NCBI GenBank assembly: GCA_964476895.1
Contig: CAYZCS010000001.1
Coordinates: 1,351 to 65,350 of the forward strand
Source: an uncultured Candidatus Saccharibacteria bacterium
Lineage (GTDB): Bacteria > Patescibacteriota > SICC01
Reading direction: 5' to 3'
DNA length: 64,000 nucleotides
Position 1 is the stretch's first letter, and each line of letters starts with the position of its first letter. This document shows, piece after piece, positions 1 to 8,551 of this stretch. Position numbers and translations under genes: made by a program. Below the pieces are notes generated by a model that did not search any database, was not told the DNA's origin, and saw only the letters and a program-made list of their open reading frames with translations.

Positions 1-29
1 CACTGCGCGGCCGGAAATTGCTCAACCTT

Positions 30-875
30 TCAGAAAAGCTGATCATCGGCAGTACTGAAGCGCGCCTTTTCCATAAAGTCCGCGTTTTCATGAAACTGCC
101 CCTCGTTATCAATAAAACCAGCACAGTATCTCGGGTTAATGAGATCGTCGACACGGCTTCCATCGGCATCAACCTTCGGAAGATAAAAGTCAGCTGGAAG
201 TGTATCCTCGTTCTGAGAAATCACCTCCCGAGCCGGCGACAACTCACTTTCCTGCGTCGGAAAAGCAAAGACAAATCTCCCGATCTTGGACGTGCCGTAG
301 TACCCACTCACTAAAGCCCGCCCCGTATAATCTGGGTCGGTATCAGCAATCGACTCGTCAATAAAGAGCAGGCGTTGTTCGGGATTATAATTCCCCATGG
401 GCAGCCCGCCTTCGCCCGCCAAAAGTGTTTCAGCCTCTTCGAGAGAGCTGGCAAGCAACTGATTCAGTCCGAGTGCATACCGCCCATCCACTTTACGATC
501 GAGCCTATCTGGCAGCTTTCCGCCGAAGAGCTCTCCGGCCGAAGCCTCAAGGTTTTCTCTTATCCGTGAATTATCTACGACCTCCCTACTCTCCGCGATG
601 AAGGAACGATCCTGGTCCAGTTCTTTCCGGCGTTGTTCGGATAATCCACCCCACCACTCACTGAATGACTCGAAACCAGGATCTCCGGGCTTGGGTTCTC
701 CGGAATAAATGTAGAGATCTGCATTCTCCAGGTCGCGCTCCTCCTCTTCCGAGCGTTCGGGCTCACCCAACAGATCCTCCATCCCTGCATCTAGATCAAA
801 ACCCTGACCTGTTTCGGCCGTAACCTCAGGAGGTACGCCTCTTTCATTTTCATTCCCGTCCGGTAATCTGCGCAT
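30..875 (-). CDS. Hypothetical acidic protein (~281 aa)
   Basis: Long ORF. ATG at 875 (MRRLPDGNENE) is preferred over the AT-rich upstream extension. No family recognised. Confidence 0.65.
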   Translation of the reverse strand: MRRLPDGNENERGVPPEVTAETGQGFDLDAGMEDLLGEPERSEEEERDLENADLYIYSGEPKPGDPGFESFSEWWGGLSEQRRKELDQDRSFIAESREVVDNSRIRENLEASAGELFGGKLPDRLDRKVDGRYALGLNQLLASSLEEAETLLAGEGGLPMGNYNPEQRLLFIDESIADTDPDYTGRALVSGYYGTSKIGRFVFAFPTQESELSPAREVISQNEDTLPADFYLPKVDADGSRVDDLINPRYCAGFIDNEGQFHENADFMEKARFSTADDQLF

Positions 876-978
876 GTTTGTATTCAGTAAATTGATTAAA
901 TTTACCACAATTATCACGCTTTTTCAAGGTTTCATGAAAGCTGGGCGACTTATGCCTGTGCAACACCCATAGAGCAAC

Positions 979-1341
979 CTAGGTTCCCATTGATGAGTAA
1001 TATCTGTCGGCCTCTGCGACCACTTTGTCACCATGTCCGGCCCTGAAATGATCAAGCCGGGGCTTAAGGTGGGCAGTGCTGTGTTCGAGCCAGAGACGCA
1101 CACCCTCTGATCCCAGACCTCCATACAAAGCCATGCCTATGCGATATAACTTTTCCGGTGCACCAGGATCTATGCTCCTGAGTTCTTCGATCTCTGCCTG
1201 ATCCAGGCCGGTCAGGGTAACACTGTCAGCTAAGATGTCGCCGGTCAGGTCTGGCTTGGGAGGAGGCTCGATCTCTACATACGCCGGAGCACCCTGCTCA
1301 AGGAGCTCAAACGCCGCCTGCCTTAGATCCTCTCTAGCCAT
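979..1341 (-). CDS. Hypothetical protein (120 aa)
   Basis: ORF with TATAAT 9 nt upstream of the ATG. Confidence 0.6.
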   Translation of the reverse strand: MAREDLRQAAFELLEQGAPAYVEIEPPPKPDLTGDILADSVTLTGLDQAEIEELRSIDPGAPEKLYRIGMALYGGLGSEGVRLWLEHSTAHLKPRLDHFRAGHGDKVVAEADRYYSSMGT

Positions 1342-1371
1342 GGTCCCAGCATTATACCTCTTCTGCAGAGC

Positions 1372-1406
1372 GGAGGGATTCGTACCCCCGACACCGGGCT
1401 TTGAAG
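1372..1406 (-). repeat. Degenerate direct repeat of the tRNA-Trp 3' half (att-like scar)
   Basis: ggagggattcgtacccccgacaccgggctttgaag matches 1972-2006 at 32/35 positions, offset 600 bp. Confidence 0.85.
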
Positions 1407-1424
1407 CCTCTGGTTGTTAAGCCG

Positions 1425-1943
1425 CTATCTGACTACGGCGAATGCCCTGACCGGACTACCGTCACCATCAGTGATTTTCAGAGGCATGCCGAAGAACTCG
1501 AACCTTTCTGGAAGCTCCTCGGTGTTAGAGAGCCTCTCAAAGAGTAAAACGTCGTGCTCAAGAAGGAACTTCTCGACCGATTCATCCGCCTCTTTGCTCA
1601 ATCCAATAAACTTAGGGCGCGAGGGTAAGATTTGCTTTGCGATTTCCATGGTTAATGCTTCTCGAAATACTACGCCGGTTTCAGGACCAACGTCGACACC
1701 TGGCTTGTAGATTACGGCGTTCCCGCAAAATTCGGCGAGATCGTAATCATCGAGCAATCTCCCGTTTTCCACGCAGTGGACTTGGGCATTCACGTGCGTC
1801 CCATCATGAGCATTGAGGTGAAGCCGCTTCATGTTCCATTCATCCTTAGCAATCGTATGGAGTTGTTCGATGTCTACCTCTGGGTCTCCGGGGTACACGA
1901 ACATCCCCTGCTGAATCGGGACTGATAGGTCGATGATCTTCAT
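1425..1943 (-). CDS. Cyclase / kynurenine formamidase (KynB)-like metal-dependent hydrolase
   Basis: MKIIDLSVPI...YPGDP; HDGTHVNAQVH (variant of HxGTHxDxPxH); C-terminal PLKITDGDGSPVRAFA. Confidence 0.85.
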   Translation of the reverse strand: MKIIDLSVPIQQGMFVYPGDPEVDIEQLHTIAKDEWNMKRLHLNAHDGTHVNAQVHCVENGRLLDDYDLAEFCGNAVIYKPGVDVGPETGVVFREALTMEIAKQILPSRPKFIGLSKEADESVEKFLLEHDVLLFERLSNTEELPERFEFFGMPLKITDGDGSPVRAFAVVR

Positions 1944-1964
1944 GGTTTGAGCATTGAGATACTG

Positions 1965-2038
1965 CAGGGGTGGAGGGATTCGAACCCCCGACACCGGGTT
2001 TTGGAGACCCGTGCTCTGCCAGACTGAGCTACACCCCT
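1965..2038 (-). tRNA. tRNA-Trp(CCA)
   Basis: Cloverleaf AGGGGTG...CACCCCTG, anticodon arm CGGGT-CTCCAAA-ACCCG, T-loop TTCGAAT. CCA end not encoded. Confidence 0.96.
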
Positions 2039-2111
2039 AAATCGCGTAGCGCTCCCCCATTATGGCACTACGAGCGCACCGCGTGCACTCGCCCCACCCA
2101 CTCCGCGTGAG

Positions 2112-2273
2112 CTACTTCGTCTCTTTGTGCAGCGTGTGCTTGCCGCAGCGCGAGCAATGCTTCTTCAGCTCCAAGCGGTCTTGCGTAGTCCGCCGGTTCT
2201 TGGTCGTGTGGTAGTTGTGCTCCTTGCACGCCGTGCATTCGAGCGTGATCACTGGTCGGATGTCCTTAGCCAT
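2112..2273 (-). CDS. rpmG: 50S ribosomal protein L33 (Zn-ribbon form)
   Basis: Hand translation [53 protein letters not shown] (53 aa, below the ORF-track cutoff). Confidence 0.97.
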   Translation of the reverse strand: MAKDIRPVITLECTACKEHNYHTTKNRRTTQDRLELKKHCSRCGKHTLHKETK

Positions 2274-2299
2274 ACCAGGTTACGATACCATGGAATCGC

Positions 2300-2373
2300 G
2301 CCGCCTTAGCTCAGTTGGCCAGAGCAACTGTTTTGTAAACAGTAGGTCCTCGGTTCGAATCCGAGAGGCGGCT
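2300..2373 (+). tRNA. tRNA-Thr(TGT)
   Basis: GCCGCCT...AGGCGGCT acceptor stem, ACTGT-TTTGTAA-ACAGT anticodon arm, GGTTCGAATCC. Confidence 0.96.
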
Positions 2374-3128
2374 CAGCGCCGGTCGGAATCCATGGTGACA
2401 CCCTCACCATCGGGAAGCTGCATCAACCTATCGAGCATGGACTGGTAGCTCTTGTTGTCAAAGAAAAGCTGTTCCCGTACTTTCGCCTCGACCTCTTCCG
2501 TGCCGATCGCGATCTCCAGTTGAGGAGGACTATCGCCACCACCCGGCGTCCTGAGGATATCGCCCCTATTGACCCGAACCGGTACATCCAAGGCGCCTTC
2601 CAGCGGACAATCTTTTGGCCATGCGAACTTGCCCGGTCTCTTCGTCGTCAATGAACCTGCGCGAACACCATGGTCACTCCCTGCACGGATATAACCGGCA
2701 CTCCCTGCACAGACATAAGAATCGGTAGGGAATCCCCACTGACCCTGTTCGCCAATGACCAGTTCCGGTCTTGCCAGGATGCCCAGGCCCATGCGCTCCA
2801 CAACGTATGGGTCTTGCCACCCCTTACCGAATACGTGTGTCTGATATTCAACTCCGCGCGAGATCACCAGTACCGGTTCATTGACGTGCGCCGCCACGCG
2901 CTCTTCGAGTGAACGGAACAAGTCTACTGCCTCTTGGTCGAGTCCATGGTTCCGGTGGATCACGTGATCAACCAGCCGGTCGCCGGTGGTTTCGCCGGCA
3001 TGTATCCGGTCATATAATTCCCGATTCTTTCCGTCGTATATCGCAAACTGGGCTTCGCGGTTCGCCTCCGCAGCTACGGCTTCGGCCCGCGCTGCTTCGA
3101 TTTCACCTAGATCGATCGGACGACTCAT
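2373..3128 (-). CDS. Hypothetical protein (251 aa) lying inside the tRNA cluster
   Basis: Single long ORF between tRNA-Tyr and tRNA-Thr; no family recognised. Confidence 0.7.
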   Translation of the reverse strand: MSRPIDLGEIEAARAEAVAAEANREAQFAIYDGKNRELYDRIHAGETTGDRLVDHVIHRNHGLDQEAVDLFRSLEERVAAHVNEPVLVISRGVEYQTHVFGKGWQDPYVVERMGLGILARPELVIGEQGQWGFPTDSYVCAGSAGYIRAGSDHGVRAGSLTTKRPGKFAWPKDCPLEGALDVPVRVNRGDILRTPGGGDSPPQLEIAIGTEEVEAKVREQLFFDNKSYQSMLDRLMQLPDGEGVTMDSDRR

Positions 3129-3191
3129 AAATGGTAACTCCCTGTTAGTAACCAGCCAGTGTAGCAGAAAAATATTCCTTTGCGGCTACTG

Positions 3192-3275
3192 TGCTGGGAG
3201 AGGGATTCGAACCCCCGAAGGCATAAAGCCAGCAGATTTACAGTCTGCCCCGTTTGGCCGCTTCGGTATCCCAGC
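3192..3275 (-). tRNA. tRNA-Tyr(GTA)
   Basis: GCTGGGA...TCCCAGCA, GCAGA-CTGTAAA-TCTGC anticodon arm, long variable arm. Confidence 0.96.
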
Positions 3276-3298
3276 AAGTTGTTAATCGATCGCCCCTG

Positions 3299-3371
3299 AG
3301 CCGAGACCGGGATTCGAACCCGGGACCTCATCCTTACCATGGATGCGCTCTGCCAGCTGAGCTATCTCGGC
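3299..3371 (-). tRNA. tRNA-Thr(GGT)
   Basis: GCCGAGA...TCTCGGCT, CATCC-ATGGTAA-GGATG anticodon arm. Confidence 0.96.
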
Positions 3372-3420
3372 GTACCATACCATTGTAAACAAACTCGTGC
3401 CCAACGCCTGCCGATTGAAC

Positions 3421-3723
3421 CTATTGTTCGGATCCGAGCTCTTCGCGTAACGTCCGTGCTTCTTCCGAATAGCCGCTGGCCAAAGCGTCACAGATATCAG
3501 CCTGGCGGCGCACGATCCTTTGCAAAGATTCATCTCGTGACAGGTGTGCCGCATCGGGCGCCATCGTTTCATGGGTAACGTGTCTTTCCAGGATCTGCCG
3601 CTGCATCTCGAGTTCTTCTCGAGATCTCGGAAGCCCGTCTTGTGCCATCACGAACTCGACCGTCTGCGCCAACTTCTCGGGCGTCAATTCCCCCAGAACG
3701 GTTTCGGAATTCCGTTCGGCCAT
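3421..3723 (-). CDS. Hypothetical protein (100 aa, MAERNSETVLGE...)
   Basis: Its ATG overlaps the stop codon of the upstream TPR gene (TAATG), and it has a GGAAG-type RBS. Confidence 0.6.
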   Translation of the reverse strand: MAERNSETVLGELTPEKLAQTVEFVMAQDGLPRSREELEMQRQILERHVTHETMAPDAAHLSRDESLQRIVRRQADICDALASGYSEEARTLREELGSEQ

Positions 3724-4586
3724 TACTTCTTCAGAACCTTGTTGAACTGGGTCCGACCCTTCTTGTCGGTGAGCATTCGCTCCACCTCCGCCAGCCGGTT
3801 GAGCACGAAGAAATTCCGCGGGTCGAGCTTCTTGGCCGCTTCGAACGCCTCCTTGGCATCGTCGAGCTGGCCGAGCTGCTGGTACACCTGCCCGATCCGG
3901 GTCATGTACTTGATGTTCTTCGGCTGCTGGACGAGGATCTTCAGGCACGCTTCCTCGCAGCGCTCGTACTCGCGGTCCCGCCAGGCCTGATCGGCCTCCG
4001 CGGAGAGGTGTTCGAAGTTGTCCGGCGTGCTCCGGGTACCGTCGTGGTAGGCCGGCTGCGACGGCCGCGCCGGCATGCTGGTCACACGTTCACCGGGCGC
4101 CCGGGTGACGGACCGGACCTGCGGAGCTTCCCGGGGCGGTTCGGGTTCGGACTGCGCCGGTTCGGCTTCCGGCTCCGGTTCCGCGGCGGGCTCTTCTTCG
4201 GCAATGGGTTCCGGCTGCTTCTCCTCAATCGCGGAATCTTCCGACGTGTCGGCGGCGGGCGCCGGGCGCTCTTCCGGCGCATCCTGCGGTTTCGACTTGG
4301 ATTCCTGCACTTCCGGCTCGGCCGTGATCGGTTTCTTCTTGAGCAGTCCGCCGGCGATCTCCGTCACCTTGTGGACCGTCCGGTCCGCGACTTGTCCGGC
4401 CTGACGAGCATGCTCACGGACCGCCTCGGTCGTGCGCTCCACCGGCGACCCTTCCGGCTCCGCGGTCTCGGCCTGCGGTACATCCACGTTGTCCACGCCG
4501 AAAATCCGCGCTTCCACGTCCGGCCAGCGGCGCGAGGCATACACGATGCCGGCGACGAGGGCGAGGAGGACGAGTGCGGTTAGCAT
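3723..4586 (-). CDS. Membrane-anchored tetratricopeptide-repeat protein
   Basis: N-terminal TM helix, Pro/Glu-rich linker, C-terminal TPRs (IGQVYQQLGQLDDAKEAFEAAKKLDPRN). Confidence 0.85.
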   Translation of the reverse strand: MLTALVLLALVAGIVYASRRWPDVEARIFGVDNVDVPQAETAEPEGSPVERTTEAVREHARQAGQVADRTVHKVTEIAGGLLKKKPITAEPEVQESKSKPQDAPEERPAPAADTSEDSAIEEKQPEPIAEEEPAAEPEPEAEPAQSEPEPPREAPQVRSVTRAPGERVTSMPARPSQPAYHDGTRSTPDNFEHLSAEADQAWRDREYERCEEACLKILVQQPKNIKYMTRIGQVYQQLGQLDDAKEAFEAAKKLDPRNFFVLNRLAEVERMLTDKKGRTQFNKVLKK

Positions 4587-4589
4587 GGT

Positions 4590-5534
4590 TTAGCCTAGGT
4601 TGAGCAGCAGATGCTCAATAAGTAGCTGAGTGTTGGGATTGTAGCGAAGATTTCGCCGCGCGGCAAATAGCCTGACCAATCCGGCGCTCCGATGCGAGGC
4701 AGACAGTTGTTCAGTAAGCTTCCGACCGGCCGGCGTGGCGTCTTCCCGGAGCGAGGAACGGAAGATGCCGATCCAGGTATCGAGCGTCTCGCGGAGCACG
4801 TCGCGGTCCTCGGCCAGCGCCTTAGCACTGGCCAGGCGGCCGGGAACGGATGCTCCCAGCACCTCGAACAGTGCCGCCTCCTGCGCCGCCACGGCTTCCG
4901 AAACCGCCGGGTCCGTCAGCAGGCGGATCGCGTTGCCCGGGCGGTGCTCCGCACGGGCGGCCAGCGACTCCGCCTCCGGCGCATCCTGCTCCGCCAAGGC
5001 GGCGGCGAGATCTTCGGTCGCGACGGGACCGAGCGCGATCCGCTGGCACCGTGAGACCGTCGTCGGGAGCAGGCTCGCGGGAGACGTGGTCGTCAGCACC
5101 AATACGGCCCGGGACGGCGGCTCCTCGAGCACCTTCAGGAGCGCGTTCTGGGCCGGAATCCCGAGCCGGCCGGCCTCCGGGATGATGCCGATCTGGTACC
5201 GCCCGGTGTGCGGACGGAGTTCCAACGTATGGGTCAGCTCGCGCACCTGTTCGATGCCGACGGACCCCTCCTGGGGCAGCTCATGGAAGTCGGGATGATT
5301 GCCGGCCGCAAGCAGCTGGCACGAGGTGCAGGCACCGCAAGCGGCCAGGTCATCGCCCTTCGGAACGTCGCCCGTGCACAGCAGGGCGACGGCGAACCGT
5401 TCGGCGAGCGTCCGCTTGCCAACCCCGGCCGGCCCGGTGACCAGGTACGCGTGGTTCCCGGCGCCCGCGGCCCGCTTCCGGAGCCGGGCGACCGCCCCGC
5501 CGTTCCCGATGAATGACCGTTCGCTCGTTTCCAT
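4590..5534 (-). CDS. holB: DNA polymerase III delta' subunit
   Basis: HAYLVTGPAGVGK, ACGACTSC zinc motif, NHPDF, AQNALLKVLEEPP, LLPTTVSRCQ. Confidence 0.93.
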   Translation of the reverse strand: METSERSFIGNGGAVARLRKRAAGAGNHAYLVTGPAGVGKRTLAERFAVALLCTGDVPKGDDLAACGACTSCQLLAAGNHPDFHELPQEGSVGIEQVRELTHTLELRPHTGRYQIGIIPEAGRLGIPAQNALLKVLEEPPSRAVLVLTTTSPASLLPTTVSRCQRIALGPVATEDLAAALAEQDAPEAESLAARAEHRPGNAIRLLTDPAVSEAVAAQEAALFEVLGASVPGRLASAKALAEDRDVLRETLDTWIGIFRSSLREDATPAGRKLTEQLSASHRSAGLVRLFAARRNLRYNPNTQLLIEHLLLNLG

Positions 5535-5622
5535 CGGCCCCATTGTACCTCACGTATTTTTACCGTAACCAAGCTACGTATCACTTGATTCAGGCGACCG
5601 GGCGTGCTATCATGCTTCTCCG

Positions 5623-5931
5623 ATGATCGAAGTACGCGACCACCAGATCGAATGCGCCAAGTGCGGGAAGACGTTCACCTTCACCGCCGGCGAAGCGAAG
5701 TCCTTCAACGAGAAGGGGCTCACGAACATCCCGAAAAAGTGCCCGGCCTGCCGCGCCAAGGACCGCGCCAAGCAAGAGCAGAAGGTCCGCGCGACCGTCC
5801 AGTGCGCTTCCTGCGGCACGAGCTTCGAAGTACCGTTCGAGCCCACCCGGAACGCCGACGGCACGCCGGCACGCCGGCTCTACTGCATCGAACACTTCGA
5901 GAGCCGCGGCGCCGGACAGAACCCGGCCTGA
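5623..5931 (+). CDS. Zinc-ribbon domain protein (zf-trcl / CxxC-x17-CxxC-like)
   Basis: CAKCGKTFTFTAGE...PKKCPACR plus a second CASCG...LYC motif. Confidence 0.85.
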   Translation: MIEVRDHQIECAKCGKTFTFTAGEAKSFNEKGLTNIPKKCPACRAKDRAKQEQKVRATVQCASCGTSFEVPFEPTRNADGTPARRLYCIEHFESRGAGQNPA

Positions 5932-5940
5932 CTCCGGCGA

Positions 5941-6537
5941 CTAGCCGGCTGCCTGGTTCCGCGATGCGACCGCGTCCCGGACCAGTCCGGTCAGCTCCCG
6001 GGCGGCCGTTTCCAGATCGTCGTTGATGACCTCCGCATCGAATTCGTGACGCGCCTTGAGTTCGATGGCGGCCGTCCGCAGGCGCTTCTCCATCTGTTCC
6101 GGCGTATCCGTTCCCCGCTCCCGGAGCCGTTTCTCGAGCTCGACATCGCTCGGCGGCGAGATGAAGACCAGCGTCGCCTCGGGAATGTTCCGGCGCACCT
6201 GGCGGGCACCCTGCACTTCGATCTCCAGGATGACGGAATCGCCGTCCTTGAGATGTCGCTCGACCTCGCCCCGGAGCGTGCCGTACTGATACCCGGCATA
6301 TTCCGCGTGCTCGACGAATTCCCCCGCGGCGATACGGCGGTCGAATTCTTCGGGTGACAGGTAGTAGTAATCGACTCCCTCCCGTTCCCCTTCCCGGCAC
6401 GGCCGTGTGGTCGCCGACACGGAGTAGGCGAGGTGCGGGATCCGCTCACGGATAATCCGGATCAACGTGCCCTTCCCGACGCCGGACGGGCCCGTCACGA
6501 CGATCAGTGCTCCACGCTGGTCTGCGGTCTTGCTCAT
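5941..6537 (-). CDS. gmk: Guanylate kinase
   Basis: TGPSGVGKGT, SVSATTRPCREGEREGVDYYY, YGT, LEIEVQGA. Confidence 0.96.
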   Translation of the reverse strand: MSKTADQRGALIVVTGPSGVGKGTLIRIIRERIPHLAYSVSATTRPCREGEREGVDYYYLSPEEFDRRIAAGEFVEHAEYAGYQYGTLRGEVERHLKDGDSVILEIEVQGARQVRRNIPEATLVFISPPSDVELEKRLRERGTDTPEQMEKRLRTAAIELKARHEFDAEVINDDLETAARELTGLVRDAVASRNQAAG

Positions 6538-7250
6538 GTGCTTGTGTCGGATTCCCGGGCGGGCTCGTCCAATCCTCGCAGGAATACCTTTAAATCATCC
6601 GGGAGCGGATCCTCCACGGTCAAGGAGCGCTTCGTCCGCGGATGGATGAACCGGAGCTTCGCGGCGTGCAGGAACTGGCGGCCGAGGCCGGGATCCGCCG
6701 TGCCGTACACCGCGTCACCGACGATCGGATGCCGCAGCGCCGCCAGGTGTACGCGGATCTGATGGGTCCGGCCGGTCTTGGGCTCCACTTCGAGCAACGT
6801 CCGGCCGGGATACGCGCGTACCGTGCGGTACGTGGTTGAGGCCGGCTTGCCGTCCGGCCGGACGGCATAGCGCTTGCGGTCGGCGTGGTGCCGGGCGATC
6901 GGCGCGTCGATCTCGGCGGCCGGCTTGGCGGGCGTTCCCTCCACGAGTGCCCGGTACCATTTCCGCACGCGGCGGTCCTGGAACTGCGCGGAAAGGTCCC
7001 GTGCCGCCGCATCCGTCTTCGCGATGATCAAAAGCCCCGAGGTGTCACGGTCCAGCCGGTGCACCAGGCCGTGGCGCTCGAGCCGCCGGGTCGCCGGGAC
7101 GGCCGTGTCGAGCCAGTCGAGCAGCGTGCCGGTCGGTCGGCCCGCGCCGGGGTGCACCGTCAGTCCCGCCGGCTTGCCGATCACCGCCAGGTCGTCATCT
7201 TCGTAGCGAATCACCGGCCGAGGGGCGTCCGCCGTGGTGCGTTCAGTCAC
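6534..7250 (-). CDS. RluA-family RNA pseudouridine synthase (no S4 domain)
   Basis: KPAGLTVHP, LVHRLDRDTSG, TGRTHQIRVH, QFLHA. Confidence 0.95.
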   Translation of the reverse strand: MTERTTADAPRPVIRYEDDDLAVIGKPAGLTVHPGAGRPTGTLLDWLDTAVPATRRLERHGLVHRLDRDTSGLLIIAKTDAAARDLSAQFQDRRVRKWYRALVEGTPAKPAAEIDAPIARHHADRKRYAVRPDGKPASTTYRTVRAYPGRTLLEVEPKTGRTHQIRVHLAALRHPIVGDAVYGTADPGLGRQFLHAAKLRFIHPRTKRSLTVEDPLPDDLKVFLRGLDEPARESDTST

Positions 7251-7686
7251 CGCCGTCCTTCCGCCACACCGCGAGGAGCAGCGCCAGCCCGCCGAGCAGG
7301 ATCCAGATGTCCGCCAGGTTGAAGTGCGACGACGGCCCGATCGCGACGATGTCCAGCGCGCCGCCGTAGAGCAGCCGGTCGATGGTGTTCCCCACCGCGC
7401 CGGCCAGGAGCAGCCAGAGCCCCACCCGGACCGACGGCCGCCGAGTGCGTCCCAGCAACACGGCGATGCCGAACATGATCACGAATCCGGCCGCGATCAG
7501 CAAGGTGTTGCTGAGCGGGAGGCCCAGCACACCGGAGCGGTTCACCAGCGCGCCGACGCTCACCGGACCGGCCGAGAAGGTCTCCCCGCTCTGCGAGACG
7601 ATCAGCTTGGTAAGCTGGTCGGCCGCCAGGAGCGCCAGCGCGACCAGTCCGGCCGGTTCCGGACCCCGCCCCACGACGGGCGTCAT
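7243..7686 (-). CDS. lspA: Lipoprotein signal peptidase II
   Basis: DQLTK, GAVGNTIDRL, HFNLADIWI; its ATG overlaps the lgt stop codon. Confidence 0.9.
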   Translation of the reverse strand: MTPVVGRGPEPAGLVALALLAADQLTKLIVSQSGETFSAGPVSVGALVNRSGVLGLPLSNTLLIAAGFVIMFGIAVLLGRTRRPSVRVGLWLLLAGAVGNTIDRLLYGGALDIVAIGPSSHFNLADIWILLGGLALLLAVWRKDGGD

Positions 7687-8480
7687 CGTCGCGTCCCTTC
7701 CCGGCGGCCGCGCGGTGGGCGCAGGCCGTAACGGGTCGCCAGGACCCAGAGGCTCACGCCGGACGACGCGAGGAAGACCGGCACCGTCGCACGGAGGTTC
7801 TCGGTCAGGAAGAGGGCGTCCGCCGGATGATGCCACGGTTCCAGAGCCAGCTGTACGGTGGAGACCAGTAGCAGGACCAGCCAGAACAGCATCCCGGCCG
7901 GCGCGTGCGCGGGCCGCAATCGCCAGAGCCGGTACGCATAGAAGGCGATGCCTGCGTACAACCCCGCCGCATAGAGCGCCAACGGATGGAGCCGCTCCCC
8001 GGCGGCCGCGAGCGCCGGCCGCTCCTCATAGGTCACGCCCCAGGGCACGCCGGTCGCCGTCCCGAGGTAGTCACCGTTGAGATAACTGCCGAGCCTTCCT
8101 ATCGCGAGCCCGAGGACCGCCCCGATCGCGACCACGTCGAGCCATCGCCAGAGCGGCCCGCGGTGCCGTCGGATCAGCAGCACGAGCACCAGCGATCCCG
8201 CGAGTAGGCCGCCGGCCAGTGCCAGCCGGCCGCCGCCAATCGCGAACCAGGTCGCCGGTCCCCCGATCTCGTCGGGCCGGAGCATGAGATACCAGATCCG
8301 GGCGCCGACCAGGGCGGCCAGCGTGCCGTACAGGGCATAGTCGGTCAGGTATTTCACCGGCAGCCGCGCCTGCCGGGCCAGCAGGTAGATCACCGCCACC
8401 GCGACCACGACGGCGAGCACCACGAACAGACCGTAACTATAGACGGTCAACGGTCCGAGTTCGAAGAGCATCGGATGCAT
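7683..8480 (-). CDS. lgt: Prolipoprotein diacylglyceryl transferase
   Basis: MHPMLFELGPLTVYSYG, GARIWY, AIGRLGSYLNG..G, PWG, HPLALY. Confidence 0.92.
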   Translation of the reverse strand: MHPMLFELGPLTVYSYGLFVVLAVVVAVAVIYLLARQARLPVKYLTDYALYGTLAALVGARIWYLMLRPDEIGGPATWFAIGGGRLALAGGLLAGSLVLVLLIRRHRGPLWRWLDVVAIGAVLGLAIGRLGSYLNGDYLGTATGVPWGVTYEERPALAAAGERLHPLALYAAGLYAGIAFYAYRLWRLRPAHAPAGMLFWLVLLLVSTVQLALEPWHHPADALFLTENLRATVPVFLASSGVSLWVLATRYGLRPPRGRREGTRR

Positions 8481-8551
8481 GCTCTCATTGTCATGCAAGT
8501 CGTCGCCAAATGAAAAAGGCGCCAAGCTAAGGCCACCCCTTTTGTAAAAAT

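Noticed and set aside
888-906. AT-rich inverted repeat gtaaatt-N5-aatttac as a dif site or origin element
   Set aside because: Does not match XerC/XerD arms and there are no DnaA-box clusters; at most an operator upstream of the 875 gene.
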